Shown here: positions 8,048 to 16,970 of the stretch, piece after piece
How positions within the stretch are numbered: position 1 is the stretch's first letter
How the letters are laid out: the number at the start of each line of letters is the position of its first letter
Translations under genes and position numbers: made by a program
The notes under the pieces: generated by a model
Databases searched by the model: none
Seen by the model: the letters and a program-made list of their open reading frames with translations, nothing else
Told to the model about the DNA's origin: nothing
Virus record (IMG/VR): IMGVR_UViG_2744054964_000005
Source: a virus
Lineage: Duplodnaviria; Heunggongvirae; Uroviricota; Caudoviricetes
Direction: 5' to 3' (one strand)
Length of the DNA stretch: 21,240 bases

Positions 8048-8066
8048 GCGAGGCGGGGAAAGCACT
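8048..8066. other. cos site: 19-nt cohesive-end sequence GGCGAGGCGGGGAAAGCAC
   Basis: Exact match to the P2/P4 cohesive-end sequence as I remember it, located between the cargo locus and the portal gene Q, as expected for a P2 prophage. Confidence 0.55.
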
Positions 8067-8207
8067 GCGCGCTGGCGGTGGTGCTGATTTTATTTTTTCA
8101 GCGTCTGAGCGCGTCGTGACGGCGCTTAGTCTACCCGTTGTGGTGTTGGTGTGTCTGCGGGGTGTTTTGTGCGGTGGTGAGCGTGTGAGGGCGTGATGAC
8201 GGGATGT

Positions 8208-8229
8208 AAAAAAGCCGCCCGCAGGCGGC
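8208..8229 (-). terminator. Intrinsic terminator for the leftward P-Q transcript
   Basis: On the minus strand, GCCGCC-TGCG-GGCGGC is followed by TTTTTT, immediately after the Q stop codon (8235-8237). Confidence 0.5.
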
Positions 8230-8234
8230 GATGT

Positions 8235-9269
8235 TCAGCCGTTGTCAGTGTCCAGTGAGTAGTTTTTAAAGCGGATGACATCCTGACCGAGCCAGCCGTT
8301 TATTTCCCGAATCCTGTCCTGTAACGGGATAAGCTCATTGCGGACAAAGACCTTTGCCACTTTCTCAATATCTCCCAGCGACCCGACATTCTCCGGCTTG
8401 CCGCCCATCAACTGAAAGGGGATGCGGTGCGCGTCCAGCAGGTCAGCGGCGCTGGCTTTTTTGATATTAAAAAAATCGTCTTTCGTCGCCACTTCACTGA
8501 GCGGGATAATTTTAATGCCGTCGGCTTTTCCCTGCGGGGCGTAGAGAAACAGATTTTTAAAGTTGTTGCGGCCTTTCGACTTAACCATGTTTTCGCGAAG
8601 CATTTCGATATCGTTGCGATCCTGCACGGCATCGGTGACGTACATGATGTATCCGGCATGTGCGCCGTTTTCGTAATACTTGCGGCGGAACAGCGTGGCC
8701 GATTCATTCAGCCAGGCAGAGTTAAGGGCGCTGAGATATTCCGGCAGGCCGTACAGCTCCTGATTAATATCCGGCTCCAGCAGGTGAAACACGGAACCGG
8801 GCGCGAAGGCTGTCGGCTCGTTGAAGGACGGCACCCACCAGTAAACATCCTCTTCCACACCACGGCGGGTATATTTTGCCGGTGAGGTTTCCAGTCTGAT
8901 GACTTTACCGGTAGTGCTGTAACGCTTTTCCAGAAACGCATTACCGAACACCAGAAAATCCAGCACAAAGCGGCTGAAATCCTGCTGGGACAGCCACGGG
9001 TGCGGGATAAACGTTGAAGCCAGAATATTACGTTTGACGTAAATCGGTGAGCTGTGATGCACGGCAGCACGCAGGCTTTTTGCCAGACCGGTAAAGCTGA
9101 TTGGTGGCTCATACCATCTGCCGTTACTGATGCATTCGACGTAATCCAGAATGTCACGGCGGTCGAGTACCGGCACCGGCTCACCAAAGGTGAATGCCTC
9201 CATTTTCGGGGCGCTGGCAGTCATTTTTTTTGCCGCAGGTTGCGGTGTTTTCCCTTTTTTCTTGCTCAT
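8235..9269 (-). CDS. Q: Portal protein (P2 gpQ)
   Basis: 344-aa ORF, the same length as P2 Q from memory, next to cos. Its start overlaps the P stop (ATGA). Confidence 0.9.
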   Translation of the reverse strand: MSKKKGKTPQPAAKKMTASAPKMEAFTFGEPVPVLDRRDILDYVECISNGRWYEPPISFTGLAKSLRAAVHHSSPIYVKRNILASTFIPHPWLSQQDFSRFVLDFLVFGNAFLEKRYSTTGKVIRLETSPAKYTRRGVEEDVYWWVPSFNEPTAFAPGSVFHLLEPDINQELYGLPEYLSALNSAWLNESATLFRRKYYENGAHAGYIMYVTDAVQDRNDIEMLRENMVKSKGRNNFKNLFLYAPQGKADGIKIIPLSEVATKDDFFNIKKASAADLLDAHRIPFQLMGGKPENVGSLGDIEKVAKVFVRNELIPLQDRIREINGWLGQDVIRFKNYSLDTDNG

Positions 9270-11041
9270 CAGTAAAACTCCAGAATGGTGGATGTCAGCG
9301 GGGTGCTGATACCGGCGGTGAGTGGCTCATTTAACAGGGCGTGCATGGTCGCCCAGGCGAGGTCGGCGTGGCTGGCTTCCTCGCTGCGGCTGGCCTCATA
9401 GGTGGCGCTGCGTCCGCTGCTGGTCATGGTCTTGCGGATAGCCATAAACGAGCTGGTGATGTCGGTGGCGCTGACGTCATATTCCAGACAGCCACGACGG
9501 ATAACGTCTTTTGCCTTGAGCACCATTGCGGTTTTCATTTCCGGTGTGTAGCGGATATCGCGCGCGGCGGGATAGAACGAGCGCACGAGCTGGAACACGC
9601 CGACACCGAGGCCGGTGGCATCAATACCGATGTATTCGACGTTATATTTTTCGGTGAGTTTGCGGATGGATTCAGCCTGGGTGGCAAAGTCCATGCCTTT
9701 CCACTGGTGACGCTCAAGTATTCTGAATTTGCCTCCGGCCACTACCGGCGGTGCCAGTACCACGCATCCGGCGCTGTCGCCACGGTGTGACGGGTCGTAA
9801 CCAATCCAGACCGGGCGGGAGCCGAACGGATTCGCGGCAAACGGCGCATAGTCTTCCCATTCTTCCAGCGTGTCGACCATGCAGCGTTGCAGCTCCTCGA
9901 ACGGGAACACCGACGCCTTGTCGTCAACAAATTCACACATGAACAGGTTTTTAAAATCGTCGGCGCTGTTTTCGCGTTTAAGCTGCTCAATGTCGAACAG
10001 CGTGCAGCCACCTTTCAGGGCGTCCTCAATGGTGACAATCTGCCGCCACTGACCGTCCGCACAGAGAAGCCCACCGGCAAGGGCGTTATGACTGACGTCG
10101 ATTTCCACGCGTTCGGCGGCGCTGGCGCGTCCCCGGTTGAACAGTTCACCCGACCAGAACGGGTAGGCGTCGTGCGCCAGCGTGGACGGGGTGGAGAAAT
10201 AGGTCGAGCGCAGGTGACTCTGTGAGGCCATACCTGATGCCACCTTACGCAGTACCTGAAAATTCGGTATCCAGAAAATCTCGTCGACGTACAGGTCGCC
10301 GTTATGGCTCTGCGCGGTGTTGGAGTTGGTGCCGAGAAAAATCAGTTTTGCGCCGTTATTACCCAGGACAATCGGGTCACCGGTCAGGTCAACGTCAACC
10401 AGCCGGGCAAAGGCGATGATGTATTCGCGGAACACATACGCCTGCGTTTTACTGGCCGACAGAAAAATCTGGTTATGACCGGTTTTCAGGGCGCGCAGCA
10501 GCGCCTCGCGGGAAAAATAAAACGTCGCGCCAATCTGGCGGGATTTCAGGATATCGCGGATGCGGTGCTCAAGCCCGGCGCGATACCAGTGCAACTGATA
10601 TTCGAAAGACTGCTCAAAGAAAATCTGCTCCAGCTTTTCGATAGCCTCGTCACTGAAAAAATTCTTTTTCGGTTTGCGCCGCCCGCCTTTGTTGCGGTTA
10701 GCGATGTTCGGATTAAGGTCTGCCTCGTTGCCGGTCTGGCTGTAGCGGTTTACCCGTGCCAGTCGTTCAATCTGGCGTCCGAGCAGGTCAATTTCCTTAA
10801 AGTCACCGCCGGTTTTCTGCGGTTTGATGATGAGCTGGGTCAGCCGCGCTTCCAGACTCATTTCGACACGGCTGATGGGGGCAACGCTGTCCCAGCCGTC
10901 GCGCTGTTTCCAGCTCTGCACCGTCGGGCGTTTCATCTGCAACATGGCGGCAATCTGCGGCACGGAAAACCCCTGCCAGTACAGCAGCGCCGCCTGACGA
11001 CGCGGGTCGTGTAAAAGAGTGGTGTCTGTGGTGATGGTCAT
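9269..11041 (-). CDS. P: Terminase large (ATPase) subunit (P2 gpP); start at the ATG at 11041 rather than the ORF-track 11071
   Basis: About 590 aa, transcribed divergently from the capsid operon. The ATG at 11039-11041 has GAGG about 6 nt upstream on the minus strand. Confidence 0.9.
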   Translation of the reverse strand: MTITTDTTLLHDPRRQAALLYWQGFSVPQIAAMLQMKRPTVQSWKQRDGWDSVAPISRVEMSLEARLTQLIIKPQKTGGDFKEIDLLGRQIERLARVNRYSQTGNEADLNPNIANRNKGGRRKPKKNFFSDEAIEKLEQIFFEQSFEYQLHWYRAGLEHRIRDILKSRQIGATFYFSREALLRALKTGHNQIFLSASKTQAYVFREYIIAFARLVDVDLTGDPIVLGNNGAKLIFLGTNSNTAQSHNGDLYVDEIFWIPNFQVLRKVASGMASQSHLRSTYFSTPSTLAHDAYPFWSGELFNRGRASAAERVEIDVSHNALAGGLLCADGQWRQIVTIEDALKGGCTLFDIEQLKRENSADDFKNLFMCEFVDDKASVFPFEELQRCMVDTLEEWEDYAPFAANPFGSRPVWIGYDPSHRGDSAGCVVLAPPVVAGGKFRILERHQWKGMDFATQAESIRKLTEKYNVEYIGIDATGLGVGVFQLVRSFYPAARDIRYTPEMKTAMVLKAKDVIRRGCLEYDVSATDITSSFMAIRKTMTSSGRSATYEASRSEEASHADLAWATMHALLNEPLTAGISTPLTSTILEFY

Positions 11042-11214
11042 GAATACCTCGCCGTGATGAATACACGGCAAGGCTACTGAGTCGCGCCCCGCGATTCGCT
11101 AAGGTGCTGTTGTGTCAGTGATAAGCCATCCGGGACTGATGGCGGAGGATGCGCATCGTCGGGAAACTGATGCCGACATGTGACTCCTCTAATCACTATT
11201 CAGGACTCCTGACA
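11042..11214. promoter_or_regulatory. Divergent late promoter region (P2 PP/PO equivalents, expected Ogr-type activator dependent)
   Basis: Intergenic region between the divergently transcribed P and O, as in P2. I could not find a clean TGT-N12-ACA activator site by eye. Confidence 0.45.
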
Positions 11215-12069
11215 ATGGCAAAAAAAGTCTCAAAATTCTTTCGTATCGGCGTTGAGGGTGACACCTGTGACGGGCGTGTCATCAGTGCGCAGGATATTCA
11301 GGAAATGGCCGAAACCTTTGACCCGCGTGTCTACGGTTGCCGCATTAACCTGGAACATCTGCGCGGCATCCTGCCTGACGGTATTTTTAAACGTTATGGC
11401 GATGTGGCCGAACTGAAGGCCGAAAAGATTGATGACGATTCGGCGCTGAAAGGCAAATGGGCGCTGTTTGCGAAAATCACCCCGACCGATGACCTTATCG
11501 CGATGAACAAGGCCGCGCAGAAGGTCTACACCTCAATGGAAATTCAGCCGAACTTTGCCAACACCGGCAAATGTTATCTGGTGGGTCTGGCCGTCACCGA
11601 TGACCCGGCAAGCCTCGGCACGGAATACCTGGAATTCTGCCGCACGGCAAAACACAACCCTCTGAACCGCTTCAAATTAAGCCCTGAAAACCTGATTTCA
11701 GTGGCAACGCCTGTTGAGCTGGAATTTGAAGACCTGCCTGAAACCGTGTTCACCGCCCTGACCGAAAAGGTGAAATCCATTTTTGGCCGCAAACAGGCCA
11801 GCGATGACGCTCGTCTGAATGACGTGCATGAAGCGGTGACCGCTGTTGCTGAACATGTGCAGGAAAAGCTGAGCGCCACTGAGCAGCGACTCGCTGAGAT
11901 GGAAACCGCCTTTTCCGCACTTAAGCAGGAGGTGACTGACAGGGCGGATGAAACCAGCCAGGCATTCAGCCGCCTGAAAAACAGTCTCGACCACACCGAA
12001 AGTCTGACCCAGCAGCGCCGCAGCAAGGCCACCGGCGGTGGCGGTGACGCCCTGATGACGAACTGCTGA
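11215..12069 (+). CDS. O: Capsid scaffolding protein (P2 gpO); start at the ATG at 11215 rather than the ORF-track 11149
   Basis: 284 aa from ATG 11215, which is the P2 O length from memory. The acidic, coiled-coil-rich C-terminal half is typical of scaffold proteins. Confidence 0.85.
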   Translation: MAKKVSKFFRIGVEGDTCDGRVISAQDIQEMAETFDPRVYGCRINLEHLRGILPDGIFKRYGDVAELKAEKIDDDSALKGKWALFAKITPTDDLIAMNKAAQKVYTSMEIQPNFANTGKCYLVGLAVTDDPASLGTEYLEFCRTAKHNPLNRFKLSPENLISVATPVELEFEDLPETVFTALTEKVKSIFGRKQASDDARLNDVHEAVTAVAEHVQEKLSATEQRLAEMETAFSALKQEVTDRADETSQAFSRLKNSLDHTESLTQQRRSKATGGGGDALMTNC

Positions 12070-12127
12070 CCGGCGTCAGCCAGTCCGGGAAAACCTTCAC
12101 GATTAACCCTTAATTTCAGGAAAAACT

Positions 12128-13201
12128 ATGCGCCAGGAAACTCGCTTTAAATTTAATGCCTACCTGTCCCGTGTTGCCGAACTGAACGGCATCGACGCCG
12201 GTGATGTGTCGAAAAAATTCACCGTTGAACCGTCGGTCACCCAGACTCTGATGAACACCATGCAGGAGTCCTCTGACTTTCTGACCCGCATCAACATTGT
12301 GCCGGTCAGCGAAATGAAAGGGGAAAAAATTGGTATTGGTGTCACCGGCTCCATCGCCAGCACCACAGACACCGCCGGTGGCACCGAGCGTCAGCCGAAG
12401 GACTTCTCGAAGCTGGCGTCAAACAAGTACGAATGCGACCAGATTAACTTCGATTTTTATATCCGCTACAAAACGCTTGACCTGTGGGCGCGTTATCAGG
12501 ATTTCCAGCTCCGTGTCCGTAACGCCATTATCAAACGCCAGTCCCTTGATTTAATCATGGCCGGTTTTAACGGCGTGAGGCGTGCCGAAACCTCTGACCG
12601 CAGCAGTAACCAGATGCTGCAGGATGTGGCGGTCGGCTGGCTGCAGAAATACCGCAATGAAGCCCCGGCGCGCGTGATGAGCAAGGTTACTGACGAGGAA
12701 GGTCACACGACCTCTGAGGTCATCCGCGTGGGTAAGGGCGGTGATTATGCCAGCCTCGATGCACTGGTGATGGATGCGACCAACAACCTGATTGAGCCGT
12801 GGTATCAGGAAGACCCTGACCTTGTGGTGATTGTGGGGCGTCAGCTACTGGCGGACAAGTATTTCCCCATCGTCAACAAGGAGCAGGACAACAGCGAGAT
12901 GCTGGCCGCTGACGTCATCATCAGCCAGAAACGCATCGGTAACCTGCCGGCGGTACGCGTCCCGTACTTCCCGGCGGATGCGATGCTCATCACGAAGCTG
13001 GAAAACCTGTCCATCTACTACATGGATGACAGCCATCGCCGCGTGATTGTGGAAAACCCGAAACTCGACCGCGTGGAGAACTACGAGTCAATGAACATTG
13101 ATTACGTGGTGGAAGACTACGCCGCCGGTTGTCTGGTGGAAAAAATTAAGGTCGGTGACTTCTCCACACCGACTAAAGTGACCGCAGAGCCGGGAGCGTA
13201 A
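12128..13201 (+). CDS. N: Major capsid protein (P2 gpN)
   Basis: 357 aa, AGGA Shine-Dalgarno, directly after the scaffold gene. Confidence 0.9.
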   Translation: MRQETRFKFNAYLSRVAELNGIDAGDVSKKFTVEPSVTQTLMNTMQESSDFLTRINIVPVSEMKGEKIGIGVTGSIASTTDTAGGTERQPKDFSKLASNKYECDQINFDFYIRYKTLDLWARYQDFQLRVRNAIIKRQSLDLIMAGFNGVRRAETSDRSSNQMLQDVAVGWLQKYRNEAPARVMSKVTDEEGHTTSEVIRVGKGGDYASLDALVMDATNNLIEPWYQEDPDLVVIVGRQLLADKYFPIVNKEQDNSEMLAADVIISQKRIGNLPAVRVPYFPADAMLITKLENLSIYYMDDSHRRVIVENPKLDRVENYESMNIDYVVEDYAAGCLVEKIKVGDFSTPTKVTAEPGA

Positions 13202-13204
13202 CCG

Positions 13205-13948
13205 ATGACGAGTCCTGCACAGCGCCACATGATGCGGGTCTCGGCAGCGATGACCGCGCAGCGGGACGCCGCCCCGCTGCGACATGCAACTGTCTATGAG
13301 CAGATGCTGGTCAAGCTGGCCGCAGACCAGCGCACACTGAAAGCGATTTATTCAAAAGAGCTGAAGGCCGCGAAAAAACGCGAACTGCTGCCGTTCTGGT
13401 TGCCGTGGGTGAACGGCGTGCTGGAGCAGGGCAAAGGTGCACAGGATGACATTCTGATGACGGTCATGCTGTGGCGTCTGGATACCGGCGATATTGCCGG
13501 TGCGCTGGAGATTGCCCGTTATGCCCTGAAGTACGGTCTGACCATGCCGGGTAAACACCGCCGTACCCCGCCGTACATGTTCACCGAGGAGGTAGCGCTT
13601 GCGGCCATGCGCGCCCACGCTGCCGGTGAATCTGTGGATACCCGCCTGCTGACGGAAACCCTTGAACTGACCGCCACGGCAGACATGCCTGATGAAGTGC
13701 GCGCAAAGCTGCACAAAATCACCGGTCTGTTTCTGCGTGACGGTGATGATGCCGCCGGTGCGCTGGCTCACCTGCAACGTGCGACACAGCTCGACTGTCA
13801 GGCAGGCGTCAAAAAAGAGATTGAACGACTGGAGCGGGAGCTGAAACCGAAGCCGGAGCCGCAGCCAAAAGCGGCCACCCGCGCCCCGCGTAAGACCCGG
13901 AGTGCGACACCGGCAAAACGTGGACGCCCGAAAAAGAAAGCCAGTTAA
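13205..13948 (+). CDS. M: Terminase small (endonuclease) subunit (P2 gpM)
   Basis: 247 aa with a basic Lys/Arg/Pro-rich C-terminus; GGGAG Shine-Dalgarno; follows N. Confidence 0.85.
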   Translation: MTSPAQRHMMRVSAAMTAQRDAAPLRHATVYEQMLVKLAADQRTLKAIYSKELKAAKKRELLPFWLPWVNGVLEQGKGAQDDILMTVMLWRLDTGDIAGALEIARYALKYGLTMPGKHRRTPPYMFTEEVALAAMRAHAAGESVDTRLLTETLELTATADMPDEVRAKLHKITGLFLRDGDDAAGALAHLQRATQLDCQAGVKKEIERLERELKPKPEPQPKAATRAPRKTRSATPAKRGRPKKKAS

Positions 13949-14047
13949 CAACCGAATGCGCCCCGCGCCAGGGCGGCACGCCGGTCAGTGAGGGTGAATC
14001 ACCTGACACTGCACCGGCGTCCACCGCCCGACTTTTCAGAGGTAGTC

Positions 14048-14557
14048 ATGATGACGCTGATTATTCCGCGAAAGGAGGCTCCCGTGTCCGGTGAGGGTAC
14101 GGTGGTCATCCCGCAACCGGCAGGCGACGAGCCGGTGATTAAAAACACGTTCTTTTTTCCCGATATCGACCCGAAGCGCGTCCGGGAACGTATGCGCCTT
14201 GAGCAGACCGTCGCCCCCGCCCGTCTGCGTGAGGCCATCAAGTCAGGCATGGCTGAAACAAATGCGGAGCTGTACGAGTACCGCGAACAGAAAATTGCCG
14301 CCGGTTTTACGCGTCTGGCGGACGTTCCGGCGGACGACATCGACGGTGAAAGCATCAAAGTTTTTTACTACGAGCGCGCCGTGTGTGCGATGGCGACCGC
14401 GTCGCTTTATGAGCGTTATCGCGGCGTGGATGCCAGTGCGAAAGGCGACAAGAAGGCTGACAGCATTGACAGCACCATTGATGAACTGTGGCGGGATATG
14501 CGCTGGGCGGTGGCGCGTATCCAGGACAAGCCACGCTGCATCGTGAGTCAAATCTGA
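14048..14557 (+). CDS. L: Head completion/stabilisation protein (P2 gpL); start at the ATG at 14048 rather than the GTG at 13988
   Basis: 169 aa from ATG 14048, with GAGG 6 nt upstream; position after M. Confidence 0.8.
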   Translation: MMTLIIPRKEAPVSGEGTVVIPQPAGDEPVIKNTFFFPDIDPKRVRERMRLEQTVAPARLREAIKSGMAETNAELYEYREQKIAAGFTRLADVPADDIDGESIKVFYYERAVCAMATASLYERYRGVDASAKGDKKADSIDSTIDELWRDMRWAVARIQDKPRCIVSQI

Positions 14558-14760
14558 TGAAGACCTTTGCGCTACAGGGCGACACGCTCGACGCCATTTG
14601 TGTCCGGTATTACGGGCGCACTGAGGGCGTGGTTGAGACCGTGCTCGCCGCAAATCCGGGACTGGCTGAACTGGGCGCGGTGCTGCCGCACGGCACCGCC
14701 GTCGAACTGCCCGACGTTCAGACCGCGCCCGTGGCTGAAACTGTCAATCTGTGGGAGTAA
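14557..14760 (+). CDS. X: Tail protein X (P2 gpX), 67 aa
   Basis: ATG overlaps the L stop (TGATG). A 67-aa product fits P2 X; the ORF-track N-terminal extension has no support. Confidence 0.8.
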   Translation: MKTFALQGDTLDAICVRYYGRTEGVVETVLAANPGLAELGAVLPHGTAVELPDVQTAPVAETVNLWE

Positions 14761-14763
14761 CGC

Positions 14764-15045
14764 ATGACAGCAGAAGAAAAAAGCGTCCTGTCGCTTTTTA
14801 TGATTGGAGTGCTGATTGTTGTCGGCAAGGTGCTTGCCGGTGGTGAACCCATCACCCCGCGTCTGTTTATCGGGCGCATGTTGCTCGGTGGTTTTGTCTC
14901 GATGGTTGCCGGTGTTGTTCTGGTGCAGTTCCCTGACCTGTCACTGCCTGCGGTGTGCGGCATCGGCTCCATGCTGGGTATCGCCGGTTATCAGGTGATT
15001 GAGATTGCCATTCAGCGCCGCTTTAAGGGCAGGGGGAAACCGTAA
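14764..15045 (+). CDS. Y: Holin (P2 gpY)
   Basis: 93-aa protein with hydrophobic transmembrane segments and a charged C-terminus; first gene of the lysis cassette; GGGAG Shine-Dalgarno. Confidence 0.8.
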   Translation: MTAEEKSVLSLFMIGVLIVVGKVLAGGEPITPRLFIGRMLLGGFVSMVAGVVLVQFPDLSLPAVCGIGSMLGIAGYQVIEIAIQRRFKGRGKP

Positions 15046-15542
15046 TGCCGGTTATTAACACGCATCAGAATATCGCCGCCTTTCTCGACATGCTGGCCGT
15101 GTCCGAAGGGACGGCAAACCATCCGCTGACGAAAAACCGGGGCTATGACGTGATAGTCACCGGACTGGACGGGAAGCCGGAAATTTTCACCGACTACAGT
15201 GACCACCCGTTCGCACATGGCCGACCGGCGAAGGTGTTTAACCGTCGCGGTGAAAAATCCACGGCCTCCGGTCGCTATCAGCAGCTTTACCTGTTCTGGC
15301 CGCATTACCGCAAACAGCTTGCCCTGCCGGATTTCAGTCCGTTGTCACAGGACAGACTTGCCATTCAGTTGATCCGCGAACGCGGTGCACTGGATGACAT
15401 CCGGGCGGGACGCATTGAGCGCGCCATTTCACGCTGTCGCAATATCTGGGCGTCCCTGCCGGGTGCCGGTTACGGTCAGCGTGAGCATTCACTGGAAAAA
15501 CTGGTCACCGTCTGGCGTACCGCTGGCGGCGTACCGGCTTAA
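15045..15542 (+). CDS. K: Endolysin (P2 gpK; lambda R-like lytic transglycosylase/lysozyme)
   Basis: 165 aa with an N-terminal catalytic-Glu context (AVSEGT); start overlaps the Y stop (TAATG). Confidence 0.85.
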   Translation: MPVINTHQNIAAFLDMLAVSEGTANHPLTKNRGYDVIVTGLDGKPEIFTDYSDHPFAHGRPAKVFNRRGEKSTASGRYQQLYLFWPHYRKQLALPDFSPLSQDRLAIQLIRERGALDDIRAGRIERAISRCRNIWASLPGAGYGQREHSLEKLVTVWRTAGGVPA

Positions 15543-15556
15543 ACGGAGTAAACACC

Positions 15557-15982
15557 ATGAAGAAATTATCCCTTTCACTGATGCTGAACGTGTCGCTGGC
15601 GCTGATGCTGGCACTGTCCCTGATTTACCCGCAGAGCGTGGCCGTCAATTTTGTCGCCGCCTGGGCGATTCTGGCGACGGTTATCTGTGTGGTTGCCGGT
15701 GGTGTCGGCGTGTATGCCACTGAGTATGTGCTGGAACGCTACGGGCGGGAGCTGCCGCCGGAATCGCTGGCCGTGAAGATTGTCGCGTCGCTGTTTTTGC
15801 AGCCGGTGCCGTGGCGCAGATGGGCGGCGGCTCTGGTGGTGATGGTGGCGACGTTTATCTCGCTGGTCGCTGCCGGGTGGATTTTTACCGCGCTGATTTA
15901 CCTCGTGGCGTCGGTGTTCTTCCGGTTGATACGCACGGCCTGTCGTCAGCGTTTTGAGGGGCGGGAACCATGTCAAAGCTGA
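15557..15982 (+). CDS. lysA: LysA, multi-transmembrane lysis-timing protein
   Basis: 141-aa protein with several hydrophobic helices, between the endolysin and the spanins. Confidence 0.7.
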   Translation: MKKLSLSLMLNVSLALMLALSLIYPQSVAVNFVAAWAILATVICVVAGGVGVYATEYVLERYGRELPPESLAVKIVASLFLQPVPWRRWAAALVVMVATFISLVAAGWIFTALIYLVASVFFRLIRTACRQRFEGREPCQS

Positions 15983-16395
15983 TGATTGTGCTGGTTGTGT
16001 TGTTATCACTGGCGGTGGCCGGTCTGTTTCTGGCGAAGCATGAAAACGCCAGCCTGCGCACCTCGCTGGACAGGGCGAACAACGTCGCCAACGGGCAGCA
16101 GACGACCATCACCATGCTGAAAAATCAGCTTCATGTTGCCCTCGCCAGAGCAGACAAAAACGAGCTGGCGCAGGTGGCACTGCGTCAGGAACTGGAGAAC
16201 GCGGCGAAGCGTGAAGCACAGCGCGAGAAAACCATCACGAGGTTACTGAATGAAAACGAAGATTTTCGCCGCTGGTACGGCGCTGGCCTGCCTGATGCTG
16301 TGCGCCGGTTGCACCAGCGCCCGGCCTGCACCGACGCCAGTGATTGTCGCCAACGCCTGCCCGAAAGTGAGCCTTTGCCCGATGCCGGGCAGTGA
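15970..16395 (+). CDS. lysB: LysB, Rz-like inner-membrane spanin
   Basis: 141 aa with an N-terminal transmembrane helix followed by a charged coiled-coil region. Confidence 0.75.
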   Translation: MSKLMIVLVVLLSLAVAGLFLAKHENASLRTSLDRANNVANGQQTTITMLKNQLHVALARADKNELAQVALRQELENAAKREAQREKTITRLLNENEDFRRWYGAGLPDAVRRLHQRPACTDASDCRQRLPESEPLPDAGQ

Positions 16396-16540
16396 CCCGG
16401 AGACGAACGGCGATTTAAGTGCCGATATCCGACAGCTTGAGAACGCGCTGGCACGCTGTGCCAGCCAGGTAAAAATGATTAAACACTGTCAGGACGAAAA
16501 CGATGCTCAAACCCGACAGCCTGCGCAGGGCGCTGACTGA
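16250..16540 (+). CDS. lysC: LysC, Rz1-like outer-membrane lipoprotein spanin, starting inside lysB in another frame
   Basis: Signal peptide plus lipobox (LMLCAGC), Pro-rich; 96 aa; GAGG Shine-Dalgarno 8 nt upstream. Confidence 0.7.
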   Translation: MKTKIFAAGTALACLMLCAGCTSARPAPTPVIVANACPKVSLCPMPGSDPETNGDLSADIRQLENALARCASQVKMIKHCQDENDAQTRQPAQGAD

Positions 16541-16970
16541 TGCCGTCACGGTGCTGAAAACCAGTCCCGAGATGCTGCGGATATTCGTTGATAACGGGAG
16601 TATTGCCTCCACGCTGGCGACGTCGTTGTCATTCGAAAAGCGTTACACGCTCAATGTGATTGTGACCGACTTTACCGGTGATTTTGACCTGCTCATCGTG
16701 CCGGTGCTGGCGTGGCTGCGGGAAAATCAGCCCGACATCATGACCACCGACGCAGGCCAGAAAAAGGGCTTCACGTTTTATGCAGACATCAACAATGACA
16801 GCAGCTTTGATATCAGCATCAGCCTGATGCTGACCGAGCGCACGCTGGTCAGTGAGGTGGACGGCGCACTGCATGTGAAGAATATCCCGGAACCCACGCC
16901 GCCGGAGCCGGTCACCCGCCCGGCGGAGCTTTATATCAATGGCGAACTGGTGAGCAAGTGGGATGAATGA
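16503..16970 (+). CDS. R: Tail completion protein R
   Basis: 155 aa; position and length as in P2. Confidence 0.8.
   Translation: MLKPDSLRRALTDAVTVLKTSPEMLRIFVDNGSIASTLATSLSFEKRYTLNVIVTDFTGDFDLLIVPVLAWLRENQPDIMTTDAGQKKGFTFYADINNDSSFDISISLMLTERTLVSEVDGALHVKNIPEPTPPEPVTRPAELYINGELVSKWDE

Noticed and set aside
7925-8119. 64-aa ORF spanning the cos region
   Set aside because: It contains the putative cos cleavage sequence and the upstream repeats, is Arg/Ala-rich low complexity, and has no ribosome-binding site; more likely a non-coding packaging region.
8408-11014. Numerous ORFs on the plus strand or in alternative frames inside Q and P (for example 8427..8885, 8708..9187, 9341..9790, 9887..10225, 10304..11014 at 236 aa)
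   Set aside because: They are antisense to, or out of frame with, well-supported portal and terminase genes. Their products are Arg/Ala/Gly-rich low-complexity sequences typical of open frames in GC-rich DNA, and they lack ribosome-binding sites.
11574-14653. Antisense or overlapping ORFs inside O, N, M and L (for example 11574..12032, 11698..11994, 13352..13951 at 199 aa, 13999..14358, 14243..14653)
   Set aside because: Same reasoning: they overlap strongly supported capsid and terminase genes on the opposite strand and show no independent coding signal.
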